Positions 1 through 14,524 are shown, counted from the stretch's first letter. The stretch: 64,000 nt of DNA from Eledone cirrhosa (GCA_964016885.1 OZ024753.1:32302001-32366000); one strand, 5' to 3'. Made by a program: numbers and translations. The notes: generated by a model from the letters alone, not told the origin.

Positions 1-215
1 GGTACCACTATAAACAGCCTCTAGTACAATCTGTAAATGAGTTGTGCCAGTGATATTATAAGATGCACCCAACACATAATAAGGTTAACATCAGGAACGG
101 ACTCCAGCTGCTAGAACACTGCAGCTACAACACGCAGCATTTAAAGCACAGTATTTCCGTTCGTGACAACATGATGAATTCTCCCAGCATTGAAAAGAAA
201 CGTAAATTGATAATG
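1..215 (+). mobile_element. Degenerate Meta-domain-like SINE 3' part
   Basis: ggttaacatcaggaacggactccagctgctagaa and ccagcattgaaaagaaacgtaaattgataatga resemble the element at 28388-28540. Confidence 0.45.
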
Positions 216-296
216 AATGTAAATAAATAAATAAATATATATATATATATATACTTATGATCTAAAGATTCGACACACACGCCTCCCCCCCACCCT

Positions 297-367
<71 letters not shown>

Positions 368-440
368 TTATGTGATTGTTTGAAACTGACTGGAGGTTTG
401 GGAAGTAATCGTATATAAATATTTAATGATCTAATTCTCT

Positions 441-486
<46 letters not shown>

Positions 487-554
487 GGAACGAAATTTCA
501 TTTCTCACTCTTAGTACGGCTGTTACTTAAATATAAGTACCGGTAAATCCGTAC

Positions 555-585
<31 letters not shown>

Positions 586-1319
586 CTACTGTACGTCTGT
601 ATACATATATGTATGTACGTATAAATACTTTTATATATATATATATTCAGCCGTCTGTCAAAACCAAAAGCAATGAAATGGAAAACACCATATTTCTTGG
701 GGTTTCTGCATTGTTATCTAATTCTAGGAACCAAGAACTGTTCAGCCTTCAGACAAATTTCAAATGATAAGTTTGTTAATTAAATGAATCCTTCGATGAA
801 CTGAAATATCAGTTTCATTTCCGCCAAGAAAGCAATCTATATTTATTATCTGTCAGCCATATTAGAAATGGTGTTATGAATAAACGATACATCAAGAAAT
901 TACACTTCTTGTTGAGAGATACTCTATTTGTGTCGGCAACATGCAGGTATAATAATATTCTAACATAGCTGAATAAAACTAGACGTTCAGCACCATATTC
1001 CTGACAGGTTTTGTTCCAGACATGGGCGGAATCATCAGTTTTTTCCCACCAGCAAATTTCACGTAAATAACTTTTAACTATACATTTCTTATATATTAAA
1101 AGCACATTATGAAGGTGAAAATGCTATCCCTACACTTTAACCATAATTAATGTATGGACAAAAAACTCCCGATGGGATCGTAGGTGTGTCGTAGTGACAT
1201 ATGGCATTTTGGGGGCATTTTAAACTTGGCGGATCCCATCCCTCTCCGGGTCTGAGCACAGCAGATTCCATCAAGAGAAACAGAGAGGAAGAGAGAAAGA
1301 AATATAGAGAAAGAATCAT

Positions 1320-1425
1320 CTACAGTACTAAACTGATACTTATTTTATCAACTACATAAAACTGAAATGCAAAGTTGACATCCGCGCGATTCGACGGTCA
1401 ACGACTCTACCTCTTCACCGCCTAA
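1320..1425 (-). mobile_element. SINE fragment, same family
   Basis: ctgatacttattttatcaac...tgaaatgcaaagttgac. Confidence 0.5.
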
Positions 1426-2089
1426 CTCTAGTAGGATAAATGTATAAATGCTTTTATATTCACACAATGTTTGGAAGCCATAACTAAGGATAAATATACG
1501 TAAAATAGGTAAAGACATCCCCCAATGTGCCGAAGCTGGGGTAACCTAAATATCTAGTTTATACAATGTCCAATCATGATTATGTTCGGACTAAAAGTGA
1601 TGGTAGACCATCAATTGCCGGAAAATCAGTGTCTTATCTGAACTACTATTATTATTCATGTTATGACCATTATCATTATTTCCCGGATTCTGTAGAATTT
1701 TCCGCAACTTTATAAGAAATATTACAGCATTTTATTGAAGTTTGAGCTGATAAATTCTCGAAAAGATGGTAATCCAATTTTGTGCATTTATCTCAGTTCC
1801 GTTTTAAAATGTATGCACTCTAAAAGGAAGCACAAATTATAGACAGGAAAGACTTGCATAAATATCACAGAAAATCGATAATTTAAGCAAGTATTTGGAA
1901 AAATACTGTAAGTTGTGTAACAAAAATAAAAACTTGTTTCGCGGAAACTTCAAACAGTAACACGCTAAATTTTTATTAACGTTTCCAATATAACATACAC
2001 ACAATCTCTCTCATGTATGTATGTATGTATGTATGTATGTAAGTATGTATGTATGTATGTATGTATGTATGTATGTATGTATGTATGTA

Positions 2090-2159
<70 letters not shown>

Positions 2160-3147
2160 CGTGCGTGCGTGTGTGTGCTCAATAACACAAACAGTATAAC
2201 AAAAATTGAAAACTTGTTCCTCGGAATCTTTGACAGTAAAATGGTAAATTTTCATCGCTGTTTTCAATACAAGAACATCTATCCACCCTCAAAAACACTT
2301 ATGTTTATAAACATCTCTAAAGAAGCAGTTGTGTAACTGAACGACCGCTTGCTTTTCGAACTTCAGGTGTCTCCAGTCCTTGCATTGCTGATTTCATCCC
2401 TAAAATCATAAACACAGCAGCCCGTCTGAGGAACAAGTCCTGTGATGTGTGCTTACTGATTTTCCACCCCCTCTCCCGTTCTTTCGTTGCTTAATTTTTT
2501 TCTCTATTTCTCTCTTTTACGTTTCCTTATTGTCATGTATATTGTACAGATTTTATAACATTTTTCCATTGAATAAAATAAGGTATTGAAACACATACAT
2601 TATTATACACCCTACAAACAGACTCGTTTAGCAGCCAGTATTAGTAAATGCAGTAGAATCGGTGAGAAATTGTAAAGAATTTAATATGATAGATTGCCAT
2701 GCAAATCATGTTAATTCAACATTTCCACTCAAATCTTGACAGGGCACATTAAAATTCATTTGATCCATCAGTATTGAAAGTACATTTCAGTATAACTTAA
2801 AAATTCTGTCTGTCTAATTTTATGAAACAGAAACAAAATAAAAAAAAAAACAACCTCAAAACAAACCAACAAACCCTTACCGATTAAGTCATTGAAATAA
2901 GTTTCGAATTATCGAATTTATTATTATTATTATTACTTTTTTTTTTGCTTTCCAGCAAAACTTTGCAGCTTAGCTTTGTCAAAGATTCTCCTCCAGGTTT
3001 ACAAGTACCTGTCTATATTTGCAATCTTGACATAACTTTTCTGACATAAAATGCAAACACACACAAAGCCAAACATATGCTCATCTTCCAAACTGTCACC
3101 TAGACATATATATATTTATACATAGACATACACATAAAAACAAACAA

Positions 3148-3184
<37 letters not shown>

Positions 3185-3662
3185 GTTTTAATATAGATGA
3201 GATTCTACAGGACTAGAACTGTTTAATTCTTTAGAAATCATATATATATACACATCCGTATATAAATATATACATATATCACATCACCTCACAAGTATTC
3301 ATACTTAAAAAACAAATCCAATGAAAATGATCATTCTACATACCTACTTAGATGTATACATAAAGTGATATTTTACATATGTATACACCTCACACACACG
3401 TACTTACATAAACACCATAACAACGATACTTTCTACCTGTGTAAGTATATGCATATAGACATCAATACATACACAAATAATATAAAGACACACACGTACA
3501 AGCATACATAACTTCACACTAGAAGTATGCGTACTTAGGAAGCAAATCCTTTGATAAATATTTTACAGAACATGTATAATTTCGAAAATTAAATGAGATA
3601 CGAGCTTTATTATGGCGAGAAAATTATCTAGAGGATTCATAAAGATACGCTAATACGCTTAC

Positions 3663-3798
3663 CTTCGAAAGTTCGGTTCCACATTCTTCGTGTAATTGCT
3701 GTTCCATTCGAAATACTTTCATTCGCCGCCAAAGTCTCGTTTATTGCCAGTGCATATAAAATAACGGCGTCATGAAATGCTCCCACGAAACTGTTTAC
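3663..3798 (-). CDS. Next exon of the same NPR-like / receptor guanylyl cyclase gene (not in the ORF track)
   Basis: Minus strand reads GTATTTCCAG|GTA AAC AGT TTC ... TTC GAA G|GTAAGC, encoding VNSFVGAFHDAVILYALAINETLAANESISNGTAITRRMWNRTFEG. The FHDAVILYA and MWNRTFEG motifs are characteristic of NPR extracellular domains. Splice sites are canonical; the intervening intron is 3799-11939. Confidence 0.92.
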
Positions 3799-3904
3799 CT
3801 GGAAATACACAAGTGTATATATATATATATATTAGAAAGTGAGGTTTTTTTTACAAAATGAAAAATAACCGAGGTGTCCTACACGAGTGAAAGTATAAAG
3901 AAAT

Positions 3905-4114
3905 AGAGATGAAATCGAAAATGCAACTGGAGTCTTATTTTTTTTAAAAATATATATATATTTATTTGGTTCCTTTACCGGTTTCGCAGTTCTTCTGCTT
4001 TTCAAAAACTCACCTTTTGAAAAGCAGAAGAACTGCGAAACCGGTAAAGGAACCAAATAAATATATATATTTAAAAAAAAAATAAGACTCCAGTTGCATT
4101 TTCGATTTCATCTC
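3905..4114. repeat. Near-perfect ~100-bp-arm inverted repeat (fold-back PLE terminus)
   Basis: 3905-4007 is the reverse complement of 4016-4114, with a short spacer (actcacc). Flanked by (TA)n. Confidence 0.92.
4013..4050 (+). ncRNA. Minimal hammerhead ribozyme with covaried U3-A8 core (TTGAAAA)
   Basis: cctt TTGAAAA gcag-aagaa-ctgc GAAAC CG GTA aagg. Perfect stems I and II, palindromic stem III ACCGGT, GUA triplet. Confidence 0.72.
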
Positions 4115-4123
4115 TTTTTTTTT

Positions 4124-4175
<52 letters not shown>

Positions 4176-4992
4176 CGAGAGAGAGAGAGATTGTTGCGTA
4201 TGTTTCTTTTTATATATATATTACGCTGTACCTGTATTAGAACCTCTGATGGAACCTTATGCGATGAAAGCGTACTACAAACACTATATCGCATTGTAAT
4301 AATCTCTTCAAGACTGCATGGTGTTCTAGCAATGTTATTGGCCTGAGCATACACAAGTAGATACCAGTCAATATGTATCGATTTCTTTGTGACCGCCTCA
4401 AACAATTCGAATGGTATATGCTCTACTGCGGCTACAACTTCGATTTATACCAAATATACGTTAACAATGAAATACATAAAACAAGGAGAATAATATTTGG
4501 TATAACCCATTATAGATGTGACAGAATATGATTGCACAAAGAGACGCTATTTGTCACATTTTTAACGACCGATTGAAATAAACACCCCGTCCAAATCTAA
4601 ATATACATATACACACACATCACCTATACGTACCAAACACAGAATACTATACATGGATAAAGAAAAACAAAACAGTATATGTAATACAAAATATTGCGAT
4701 AGCATGATCTTAGTTTAGGAAAAATACATCAAATTAGATTAGCTACAAGTCACGATTTTTGTGATATATCATGTCTGGTGATATCACGTGTCAATTATCA
4801 TTATTGCACGCCGCTTTTGCATTTCTAGCAATAGTTGAATGTGACATTAGAGCCCAAATCAATACTTATTCGGAGCTACCGACCCTTCTAGGCCTTAGAA
4901 CACACGTTTTGATTTCTGGTTCACTGGTGAGGTATTACTCTCTATTTATATGACATCATTATACTTGGCTCATTATTATTATTATTATTAAA

Positions 4993-5167
4993 GTATCGGT
5001 AGAGGGTCAGACGCCATGTTTTCCAGCATAGTTACCTCCCTTTACAGTCTGAGTTCAAATCCCGTCGAGGTTAACTTTGCCTTTCATCCTTACGGGGGTC
5101 GATAAAATAAAGTACCAGTAATGTAATGGGTAATTTGTTGGCCTTGTTCCAAAAGTAGAAACAATTA
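4993..5167 (+). mobile_element. tRNA-derived SINE with a Nin/Deu-like core
   Basis: B-box-like gagttcaaatccc followed by ctttgcctttcatccttacgggggtcgataaaataaagtaccag and an (ATT)n tail. Recurs several times in the window. Confidence 0.75.
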
Positions 5168-6994
5168 TTATCATTATTAAAGTATGGCAATGGTTTTCTA
5201 GAATCGCAAGAGGGTGGGGCAGAATGCTTAGCGGTATTCATTCACTTTTTAACGGCTGGATGCTCTTCATACCACATTACAGCATGTACAGGGTGTATTT
5301 ATTTTCTTGATCACCAACACTAGAGAGATTGTCGCACCAATGATACAACAGAAGAATTCTCTCAACCCATTTGGTACGGTTTCTTATGCACTCGGCAGAG
5401 CATTTGAACTTATATAACCGAGATAAGGATCCCCGACCTGTCTTGGAGGTCAGTTACCCTGCTTGAGTACTGGCTCGGTTTGTGAAGACCCGATAAAACC
5501 TTGATAACAGGGAAAACGGACATTAAATGATGATGATGATGGTGAGGTAGCATACTGAATAATTGCTCATAATATATCTTTATCATTTGGCGATAACACT
5601 TTAGTTGTAACAATTGTTATTCTGAAAAACTATTTTTAATAATTTGAAGTGTATTTTATTTAATTTAGCTTTCCGGGACAATCTAACTATTCTTTATACC
5701 ATGTCTGTGAAAGTGATAGGTTGGATTACTAATAACATATGTTTGGCGTCTTATTGTCGGTTTTATTAAAACATGCTTTGTAGAACTTCATTATGACAGT
5801 GTAAAATAACTCTTAGCTATTATCAGTAACATAATAGATAGACGGGTTTCAGAAACCACATTCTGATAACATTTTTGTGTAAAATTGCTAAGTTAATTAT
5901 TAAGACAACGTTTCAAATGTGAATTGTAACAAATGTAACACATAATAACATATATTGAATTGATACAAGGGTAAATCCTCCAACAGTTTCGAGGATGAGT
6001 ATTCCGTTGTTGAATTAAGTGAACGTCTAGCTCGTGTATTTACGTGTAACTAGCTGAGAATTTCATAGACACATGCTCCTTTAACGCAATTCCTAATCCG
6101 ACCCAATGTGATATTCTATATAGCAAGTTTGGACCTTTGAATTATAGGTACGGCTTCCACAATGTTCCCCTTTACTCAGTTTCCCTCACAAGTATTTGGA
6201 CCTACTCGAGGATATGGTAAATATAATTTCCCACATGGGTTCGAATCCGGGACATCATGATTGTGAAGCGAACTTCCGAACCACTTATCCATGCATGCAT
6301 AAGTAGAGTTGTTCGTTTTTATATTTTGAACTTTACTGTTAACAGATATGCATGTTTAGCTGTCTCCTTATGTGTTTACAACACATTGCTTTTATGTGTT
6401 TACAACACATTGCTTTTGATAGAGTGTCCAACACGCTAACAACTAGTCCAAGCGTCTTCACTAGTTGAATTATGTAGATAATTATGACCCATTTCAAACA
6501 TAAATACAGATCATAACAAATTTAAATGATACAATAATATAATAAGACCATTACTGAATATACCAATCTATTGAAATAATAATAACGACAATTCAAGTAA
6601 AATGAACAAAGCAATGATGTGATATATAACAAGAAAATTGTATTCTTTTAATTTAATTGGACGTAGTTTTCTATAATTACGTGAAGACGCTCAAGTACAC
6701 CTGTAAAAATCATCCTGGTCTTTAGCTAATTGGAAACAGTCATTGATTCTTTCTTGATTGAATGGAAAAGAAATGTTTCTCACCTGCAGGTAATTACAAA
6801 ATTCAAATTACTGAACAAAAAGTAAGTGTATAGTCAATATGTTTCTCGATCTTAGAGTTTTGAATATAATTGGGTTTTGACTTCACGCCAGTTACATTAT
6901 CTATTCACAATATTTTAAAATTCCTATGATTACTATGTTGTTATTATTACTATTGTTATTATTATGATTAGTTGCTGTTGTTGTGATTAGTATT

Positions 6995-7203
6995 ATAGTC
7001 AGGGTGTGGGACAAAAAGCGTTGCGGTATTTCGTTAATTTAGTTACAACTTTTTACGTCTGAGTTCAGGTCTCGTCGACGTTAGCTTTCTTTCATCCTTC
7101 CGAGATCAATAAAATAAAGTACCAGTGAATTACTGAGTTAATATAATTGACTTTCTCCTCCCACAAAATTGTTGGCCTTGTGCCTAAAGTAGAAACGATT
7201 ATT
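6995..7203 (+). mobile_element. SINE, same family
   Basis: gagttcaggtctcg...ttcatccttccgagatcaataaaataaagtaccag...ttggccttgtgcctaaagtagaaac. Confidence 0.72.
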
Positions 7204-7673
7204 AAAAGAAATAAGCCTAATTCAAAAATCTTCGCGCTGTCAGAATATTTCTATAAGTCAAACAAGACAAATGAGTTCATATAAATCGCGGTTGTCAGAA
7301 CCAGCAACTGTAGTAGACTGCTTAGTAAAATATGAATTGGAGGAAATAAAGCCACGCAATTTATGGATGGACACGGAAATGCATGCTTATTACCTAGAAC
7401 AGTCGGAAGATTAACGTTTACTTTTAACAACAAAAGACGTACATGAAATAATTTTTCCAGAATATGTTTGGTTTTCTTAATCAATGAACCCACCAAAATG
7501 CAATGATCCCGGGAAAGTATTATAATTGATGGTTGACTAACAGAAATGTGTGCTTTTCTGACACGACTTAGATATATGTAGATAAATCCACATATATATG
7601 AATAGACACGGATACGTGGATTACTGTCTAGAACAGCTGAAGGATTTATATATGTATATATATATATATATAT

Positions 7674-7730
<57 letters not shown>

Positions 7731-7737
7731 CACATAA

Positions 7738-7798
<61 letters not shown>

Positions 7799-8176
7799 CA
7801 CATAAATATATATATATATATGTATATATATACACATAAATATATATATATATATGTATATATATACACATAAATATATATATATATATATGTATATATA
7901 TACACATACATAAATACTGCCTTTAAACCAACACAAAAGCATCTGTTTATGCAAAGACACAAATATACACACACATACATATATATATATATATTAGTAT
8001 ATGTGTGTAATTATAAATATATATATATATATTTATAATTACACACATATACTAATATATATATACTAATATATAGATTTTGAGTTTATGTTGGTTGTAT
8101 ACCAACACCTCAGTATGCAGTCTGGAGCACTCGACGAAGTGCGCAGGTTGGTTTGGTTACTCCGGAGTAGTGTAAA

Positions 8177-8228
<52 letters not shown>

Positions 8229-8424
8229 GTGTGTGTGTATATTTGTGTCTTTGCATAAACAGATGCTTTTGTGTTGGTTTAAAGGCAGTATGATTCCTTC
8301 TCTATGGATTTAGTTAAGTTGACACGAAAACAAAAACCCAACTGAGCATTAGATATATTTTGTTTTTAGCCAAGATTCTTCTTCCCGTCTAAAAAGATTA
8401 TCGTGAAGGATGATCTCTAAGTTA

Positions 8425-8615
8425 AACCCCATAGATTTTGTGGAAGAGTAAAGTTGATTAAATGAACACTAGTGCTTGATTGATACTTTATTTTATCGGC
8501 AACGTAAGAATGAAAGGACAATTTGACTTTGGGGAGATTTGAACACGGAATGTGTACAGCTAGAACAAATAACGCAATAACATTTTATCCTACGCTCACC
8601 TACATCTGCCAATCT
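8425..8615 (-). mobile_element. SINE, same family (degenerate)
   Basis: Reverse-complement core tgatactttattttatcggc...atgaaagg...atttgaac. Confidence 0.6.
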
Positions 8616-8976
8616 CCCACACAATATACGTTATTTAATATTGATAAATAAAACACATGACAGAAACATATAGAGGTTTTCATTGTATCACTTTAGAGTT
8701 TTTCTATATTTATTGAATACTGATGAAACACATAAATTAAATGTCACAGATATATGATGTATTGATATGAGATGTGGTGTTATATGATGATATATGATAT
8801 CAATACAGTAGACTGTACAAACGGATGTCCAATTTACAAAATAGCCATAATTTCAAAATCCTACCTACTTTTACGATTTTCGATCATCAATTTTACATTC
8901 ATCAAGTCTCCCCATGATATGTCATATTTTCTTTTATCCTTTTATCTGCTGTTAACCTCTCTCTCTTCCCTTCCTC

Positions 8977-9015
<39 letters not shown>

Positions 9016-9147
9016 GCAGATATATATATACATATATATATGCAGATATATCTATCTCTCTCTATATATATATATATGAATGCGTACACACACACATACA
9101 TACACATATATATATATACATACATATATATATATATACATATATAT

Positions 9148-9930
9148 GTTTGTCCCAAAAGTAAGGGTAGTGATATCCTATTTCAATGTATATGAGTATG
9201 AGAGATACATGAATTTACAACTTATCTCCTTCGGAATGCGACCCTTGGGAAGTCACAGAGTGGTTTCAACATTTTTCCATTGATCTTAGCAGAGTCATTT
9301 TATGTGAATGTCAACCTTTTTTTATATATTTTCCACAATCTCAAAATGACCCTTCAACTCCAATTTCAACTTAGGGGAGAGGTAGAAATCAGGTGGAGCA
9401 AGATGTAGACTGTAGGATGTGGAAGGGGGGGGGTGCTTTCTTTAGCAAATCCTGGCAAATTTCCAGCCGGCTCGCTTTTTACTCCACAGACACGTGAACA
9501 GCATTTTCATCCGAGCCCGACTCTTCTGCAATCATCCTAGCACTTAATCTGTGATATTTCACCGATACCGCTCGTACCATTTCCCCCTTTGTTCATTTGT
9601 TGACGAGACTGGCCTTCCAGAAGGAGGTTCGTCATCAACATTTTCTCGACTCTTTTTGAAAGCTTTGAGCTACTTAAAAACCTTACTTATTCATAGATTG
9701 GCATCTTTATATGCTTATGTTAAATAATTAAATGTTTCGCTGGCAAAATTGTTAAGGTTCACACAAAGTGTCATTGTTAGAACCACGTCTGTACATAAAC
9801 AGTAATAAGTCACGACTGACTCAATCGATCATGTTAAAACAAGTATGTATGTGCAACCTATATGCATCAACGAGGTGCTGCCTTAATATGTCGTATATAG
9901 GAAAATAAATACTCTTAATTTTGGGAGAAA
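9148..9930 (-). mobile_element. Degenerate mariner transposon relic
   Basis: Minus strand near 9365-9420 reads SYSLHLAPPDFYLSPKLK, a decayed YSPDLAPSDF motif. Boundaries are approximate. Confidence 0.6.
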
Positions 9931-10603
9931 CTTCATTGTAGTGTTAGTGTCGTTATTATTTAGTGCCGGATAAGCAGTGATGGAGTTGATATATGATCAA
10001 AAACTGTCCAACCATGATCAGACAATGTTTAATGATTCAGTACAAAGTTATTCTCTGTTCATTTTCTATACCAGATGAACCGAATAACTTAAAGAGAGCT
10101 CTGATAATTTTCGACTTTTACGAGTGACTGAAATGATAGAAATATGATGTTATTTCTGCCAGGTCGAGTAACCACATATCGGTTTTCTCATTAACTCAAT
10201 AAATATATTATTGCATAACAAAGTTTATGTTTATTCAATTATTACTCTATTGACAACATTTCTAGAGGTAACAAATACAAATATTTTATGACTGTTTAGT
10301 ACTAGATGTTGCTATATTGTTATGGCAAGTTTCTATACTAGAAAAGATGAAAGAGTTATGCCAAGAATGATTTATTCTTAATCAGGTACACGATCATATT
10401 TTTAGTTAATAACTGATATGAAAGATTAATTTAAACTTAGTGTATTGTTGGTTTTAATTTGACGCCATCGTGTAGCAATGAAAGTGAACATGAACACCGG
10501 TTAAACTTGAATTCAGAAATTCTGAGAGGATCAAACAATGTCATGTTTCTACGGAAGAAATTACAGTACAAGAAAATAGATTTATTGATAATAATAGCAG
10601 CCA

Positions 10604-10800
10604 GTCGTTTTGGCATAGCTGGTAATACATAGGATATTTATTCTGTTTCGTCTCTGCCCAGCGAGTTCGAATCCCACCCATGACCGGTTGAGGACGATGA
10701 TGAAAGCCCTGTGTTAATGCAGCCTTCACACCTCCTGGTTATTCGGCTGGATGAAGGAAGGGACGTGTCAGCTGGTGTTTGTGACTGAATATCTTTAGCG
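10604..10800 (+). mobile_element. tRNA-derived SINE
   Basis: TGGCATAGCTGG (A box) and GAGTTCGAATCCC (B box) without a complete cloverleaf. Confidence 0.55.
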
Positions 10801-11939
10801 AAGGCATATGTACAACGAAGTAATAAATGATTGCAAGTCACGGCCGCCGTAGCGTTATCGCTATTATATAGTAGCTATATTTCTATATTAGCAGTTTTAT
10901 TGTTATTAAAGAATGCATCATATATATATATATATGTTTATATGTACATACATATATCTGTGAATGTATATATATATAATACATATATCTGTGAATGTAT
11001 ATATATATATAATAGATATATCTGTGAATGTATGTATATATATATATATATATATGGTGTTTGAATGATAAATGATTGGATGCACATCTAACATAAATCT
11101 GAAAACAATATCGGATGTTGTTGAGTGATAATGCCTAAATATATATTAGATACTTGCTATTATGAAATATAATATCATTTGACGGGGATATAATTTACGG
11201 TAAATCACTTCTGAATCAATTGAAAATGCATAAAAATATATTTCCTATATTATAGAAGATATCAACTTTCATTATAATTCTTCTTAGAATTGACTACTTA
11301 CCGTAAATATGGATTTCCTGTTTTTATTAGCAGACATTTCAATTTAATTGTTGCCTCAAGAACATTCCTACTTTCTTTTTGTTTTCTTTCCCTCAATATT
11401 ATTTTTCGATTACCTCTTTTGTCTCTATTGTTATCGTATTTCCAATTTAGCTTTGATGATGTAATCTAGATTTTCTTCATATAATGTATTATAAAAGTGC
11501 AGCAGCTCTTCTTATAGGAATAAATCTGTTTAGAAAATATCGAGATATAGCCGTGTATTTGAGATGCTCGACCACAATACATGGCAGCTTGGGTAAGTTT
11601 CATTGAGCACAGCGGCGATTTGGCAAATGCCATATCTGTGGAATTCTGTATAGGCAGAATTATATATATGCACTGATATCGCTACTTTGACGTCCTCACT
11701 ACTGCTAATATGGTATGCGAGAGGAATTTCGGATAGTGTTTTCGGCCAGGAAATATCTGATAAACCGCATTGACGAAATGTATTGAGTACTTTATTGAAT
11801 ATCGTTCGTGTTCATAATTTGATGAAGATTGATATCAATAAGACACAACAAATATCTTGACTCCGTCCAAAATATATGAAATATATGAAATCTATGAAAA
11901 TGCATAAATACAAGGAAATACGAAATATCCTTAACGTAC

Positions 11940-12135
11940 CTCATCTTCACCGTATGTGAAATTTTGAGTTTCGTTCTTCGCTCTGTTAATTACTTCCCTT
12001 GAGAAGTTTTCATACTCGGGACTAGTGGGTTTTCTCAGAGAGACAGTCATAAGACTTTCGTATGCTTTCCGCGCCTTATCGTTTCTTTCAGGTGTGTCGT
12101 GAGAGCGGTACCATGGGTACATACTGGCATTTTTG
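11940..12135 (-). CDS. Internal exon of a natriuretic peptide receptor-like / receptor guanylyl cyclase gene (extracellular ANF-receptor ligand-binding domain)
   Basis: Minus strand reads TTCTCTTTGCAG|C AAA AAT GCC AGT ATG ... GAT GAG|GTACGT. Translation (S)KNASMYPWYRSHDTPERNDKARKAYESLMTVSLRKPTSPEYENFSREVINRAKNETQNFTYGEDE resembles invertebrate NPR-like receptors. It ends in phase 0 and joins the 3798 exon in frame. Confidence 0.88.
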
Positions 12136-12462
12136 CTGCAAAGAGAACATTTAAAGTAGGATCAGCAAATCCTTAAATATCACAAGAAGACAACGTCAAA
12201 CATGTTACAGATAATATGTTATATTTGCAGGAAGGAACATAAGACTATAATAGAAAATAAACAACGCGAAAAAAAAATGGGCATAGCAAACCCGGTAATA
12301 TATATTTCCATCTATCTATCTCTCTATTATGAGATCAACAAGCTATTGCTCCTTACAATTCTCCTCCATTGGCCGCGCAGTGAAGATCAAATCTGCAGCT
12401 CCCCGATGGGGACGGAAACAACACCGAGATTTCGGCAGAATATTACGTGAAATGAACATATA

Positions 12463-12509
<47 letters not shown>

Positions 12510-12862
12510 GGAAGGGGTCTGTGCCCGTGTGTCACTCAAGATATGTGTACATGTGTGTAAGACAGTGTGTCCGTGTCTACAGCTCTATACAATATAAACG
12601 ATGTTGTAATGAAAGGAAATCTATGTGGATAAAAGCACAATCGATTACTGTAGTGCAATATCGATATTTAAAGACGGCAATTTATAGTACAATTGTGTCC
12701 ACATCTAAAGTAGAGACATAAAATATAGCATGAGGACCCTGGCTTTAATATCGATTAAGTAAATGCAGATAATTTGAGCTATAGTGGATAGTTTTTGAAA
12801 ACTATCTGACACATTAGATATTGGTTATTACAGAACAATGGAATAATTCTATCGCAATGCTA

Positions 12863-12902
<40 letters not shown>

Positions 12903-13442
12903 ATATCGAATAAGTTTACCCTAATATATATATGGATAGATAGATAGATATATACATATATATATATTGTGTGTGTGTGAGTGTATGTGCTCGCACGCGT
13001 GTGTGTGAATCTATCTATTTATTTATCAATCTATATATTTATATGATTGTTTGAACTCAGAAAGCAAAGTGTCGAAATTCTTCTGTAAGAAAGAATACAA
13101 ATGCAAATTTAAGCAAATGAGATATAAAAGAGAAAGATTGAAAGCGAGAAGAAAAAGCAAGTGAGTGGAAATGAGATATGGTAATAGAAACACAAGAGTG
13201 GTTTAGGGAGGGAACACAGCGGCAGGAAAACACTAAAGAATATATACCTCGACAGGGATGGGCTCTGCCAGAGAAAGGCTGTATGGTACTCTGGAGTCAC
13301 TAAATCTCCATCAGGAGTTACGCGGCAATATCATATATTTAGAGAAAGAGAAATTGATAGATATATACATATATACAGAGATATATCCACACATCATACA
13401 CTGCACCCAACACTAACGTAATCACATGCCCTAACCCCCGCC

Positions 13443-13547
<105 letters not shown>

Positions 13548-14400
13548 TCTCTTCTAAATATAGGTCTCAATCACCATTTCAACATGAATCTTTGAAAATA
13601 TTTAGGTTTTATTCATAACAATTAAATGTAGAAATAAACTTCAATTCTTCAATATATCAATTTATGATTTTTCTTCGTGGTTTGCTGATATCAATCGTAA
13701 ACCAATACCTTTTATCAACGTGGCTCGGGAGACGGTGTCATTTTAGTGTGAAATATTATATCTTTATATTATTTATATTTGTTGATGGAAGCCAACGAAT
13801 TGTTTACATAATAAATGGATATATTGATAATATATTTCGTAAGGTTAATTTTCAGAAACTTTACTTTGTTATTTCTGTAGATTTAATTTTCGAAATACCA
13901 ACGATGGATTTATATCTAGCAGAAAAATCAGAATGTGGTTATTGGTATGAATGGATTAAAACTGCAATAACACTTAATATATATCTCACACAGAAAACCT
14001 TCAATATATAACTTATGTTGTAAAGATATTCGTTAGGTTTGTTCAAGATATAAAAAGGAAGTGAATTTTTAAAAATCGTTCGCAGTTAAATTGCCCAACG
14101 TAATTTCAGTGCCTGGAAATATCGAACAATAAACATGATATCAATAAGATTGCAAACCGATATATAGATTATTTGTTTATTCTAACAGGGATATTTCTAG
14201 CAATCGGCGCAAAAGTTTTTTTAAAAAAGATATGGCAATGATACAATACCATTAACGTTATCAACAGGAACATTAAATCTATCACATAATGATATGATAT
14301 GAATTTATGGATTTTTCTGATGAAAAGGAATGTGCGCGGGCGGGTATGTATGTACATTCAAAAACACACACACATATGGGTGTGTGTATATGTATATATT

Positions 14401-14524
<124 letters not shown>

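Noticed and set aside
815-1319. ORFs 815-1105 and 1137-1319 as further receptor exons
   Set aside because: The expected GITG...D.NGDR motif is absent and there are no convincing splice sites. Possibly a decayed transposon, but unsupported.
10604-10680. tRNA genes (also at 42447 and 28660-28727)
   Set aside because: A and B boxes are present but there is no complete cloverleaf, and each continues into a SINE body.
11300-11320. Possible minus-strand micro-exon (CAG|GAAATCCATATTTACG|GTAAG)
   Set aside because: 16 nt would break the phase-0 join between the two supported exons, which already align contiguously. The polypyrimidine tract is poor.
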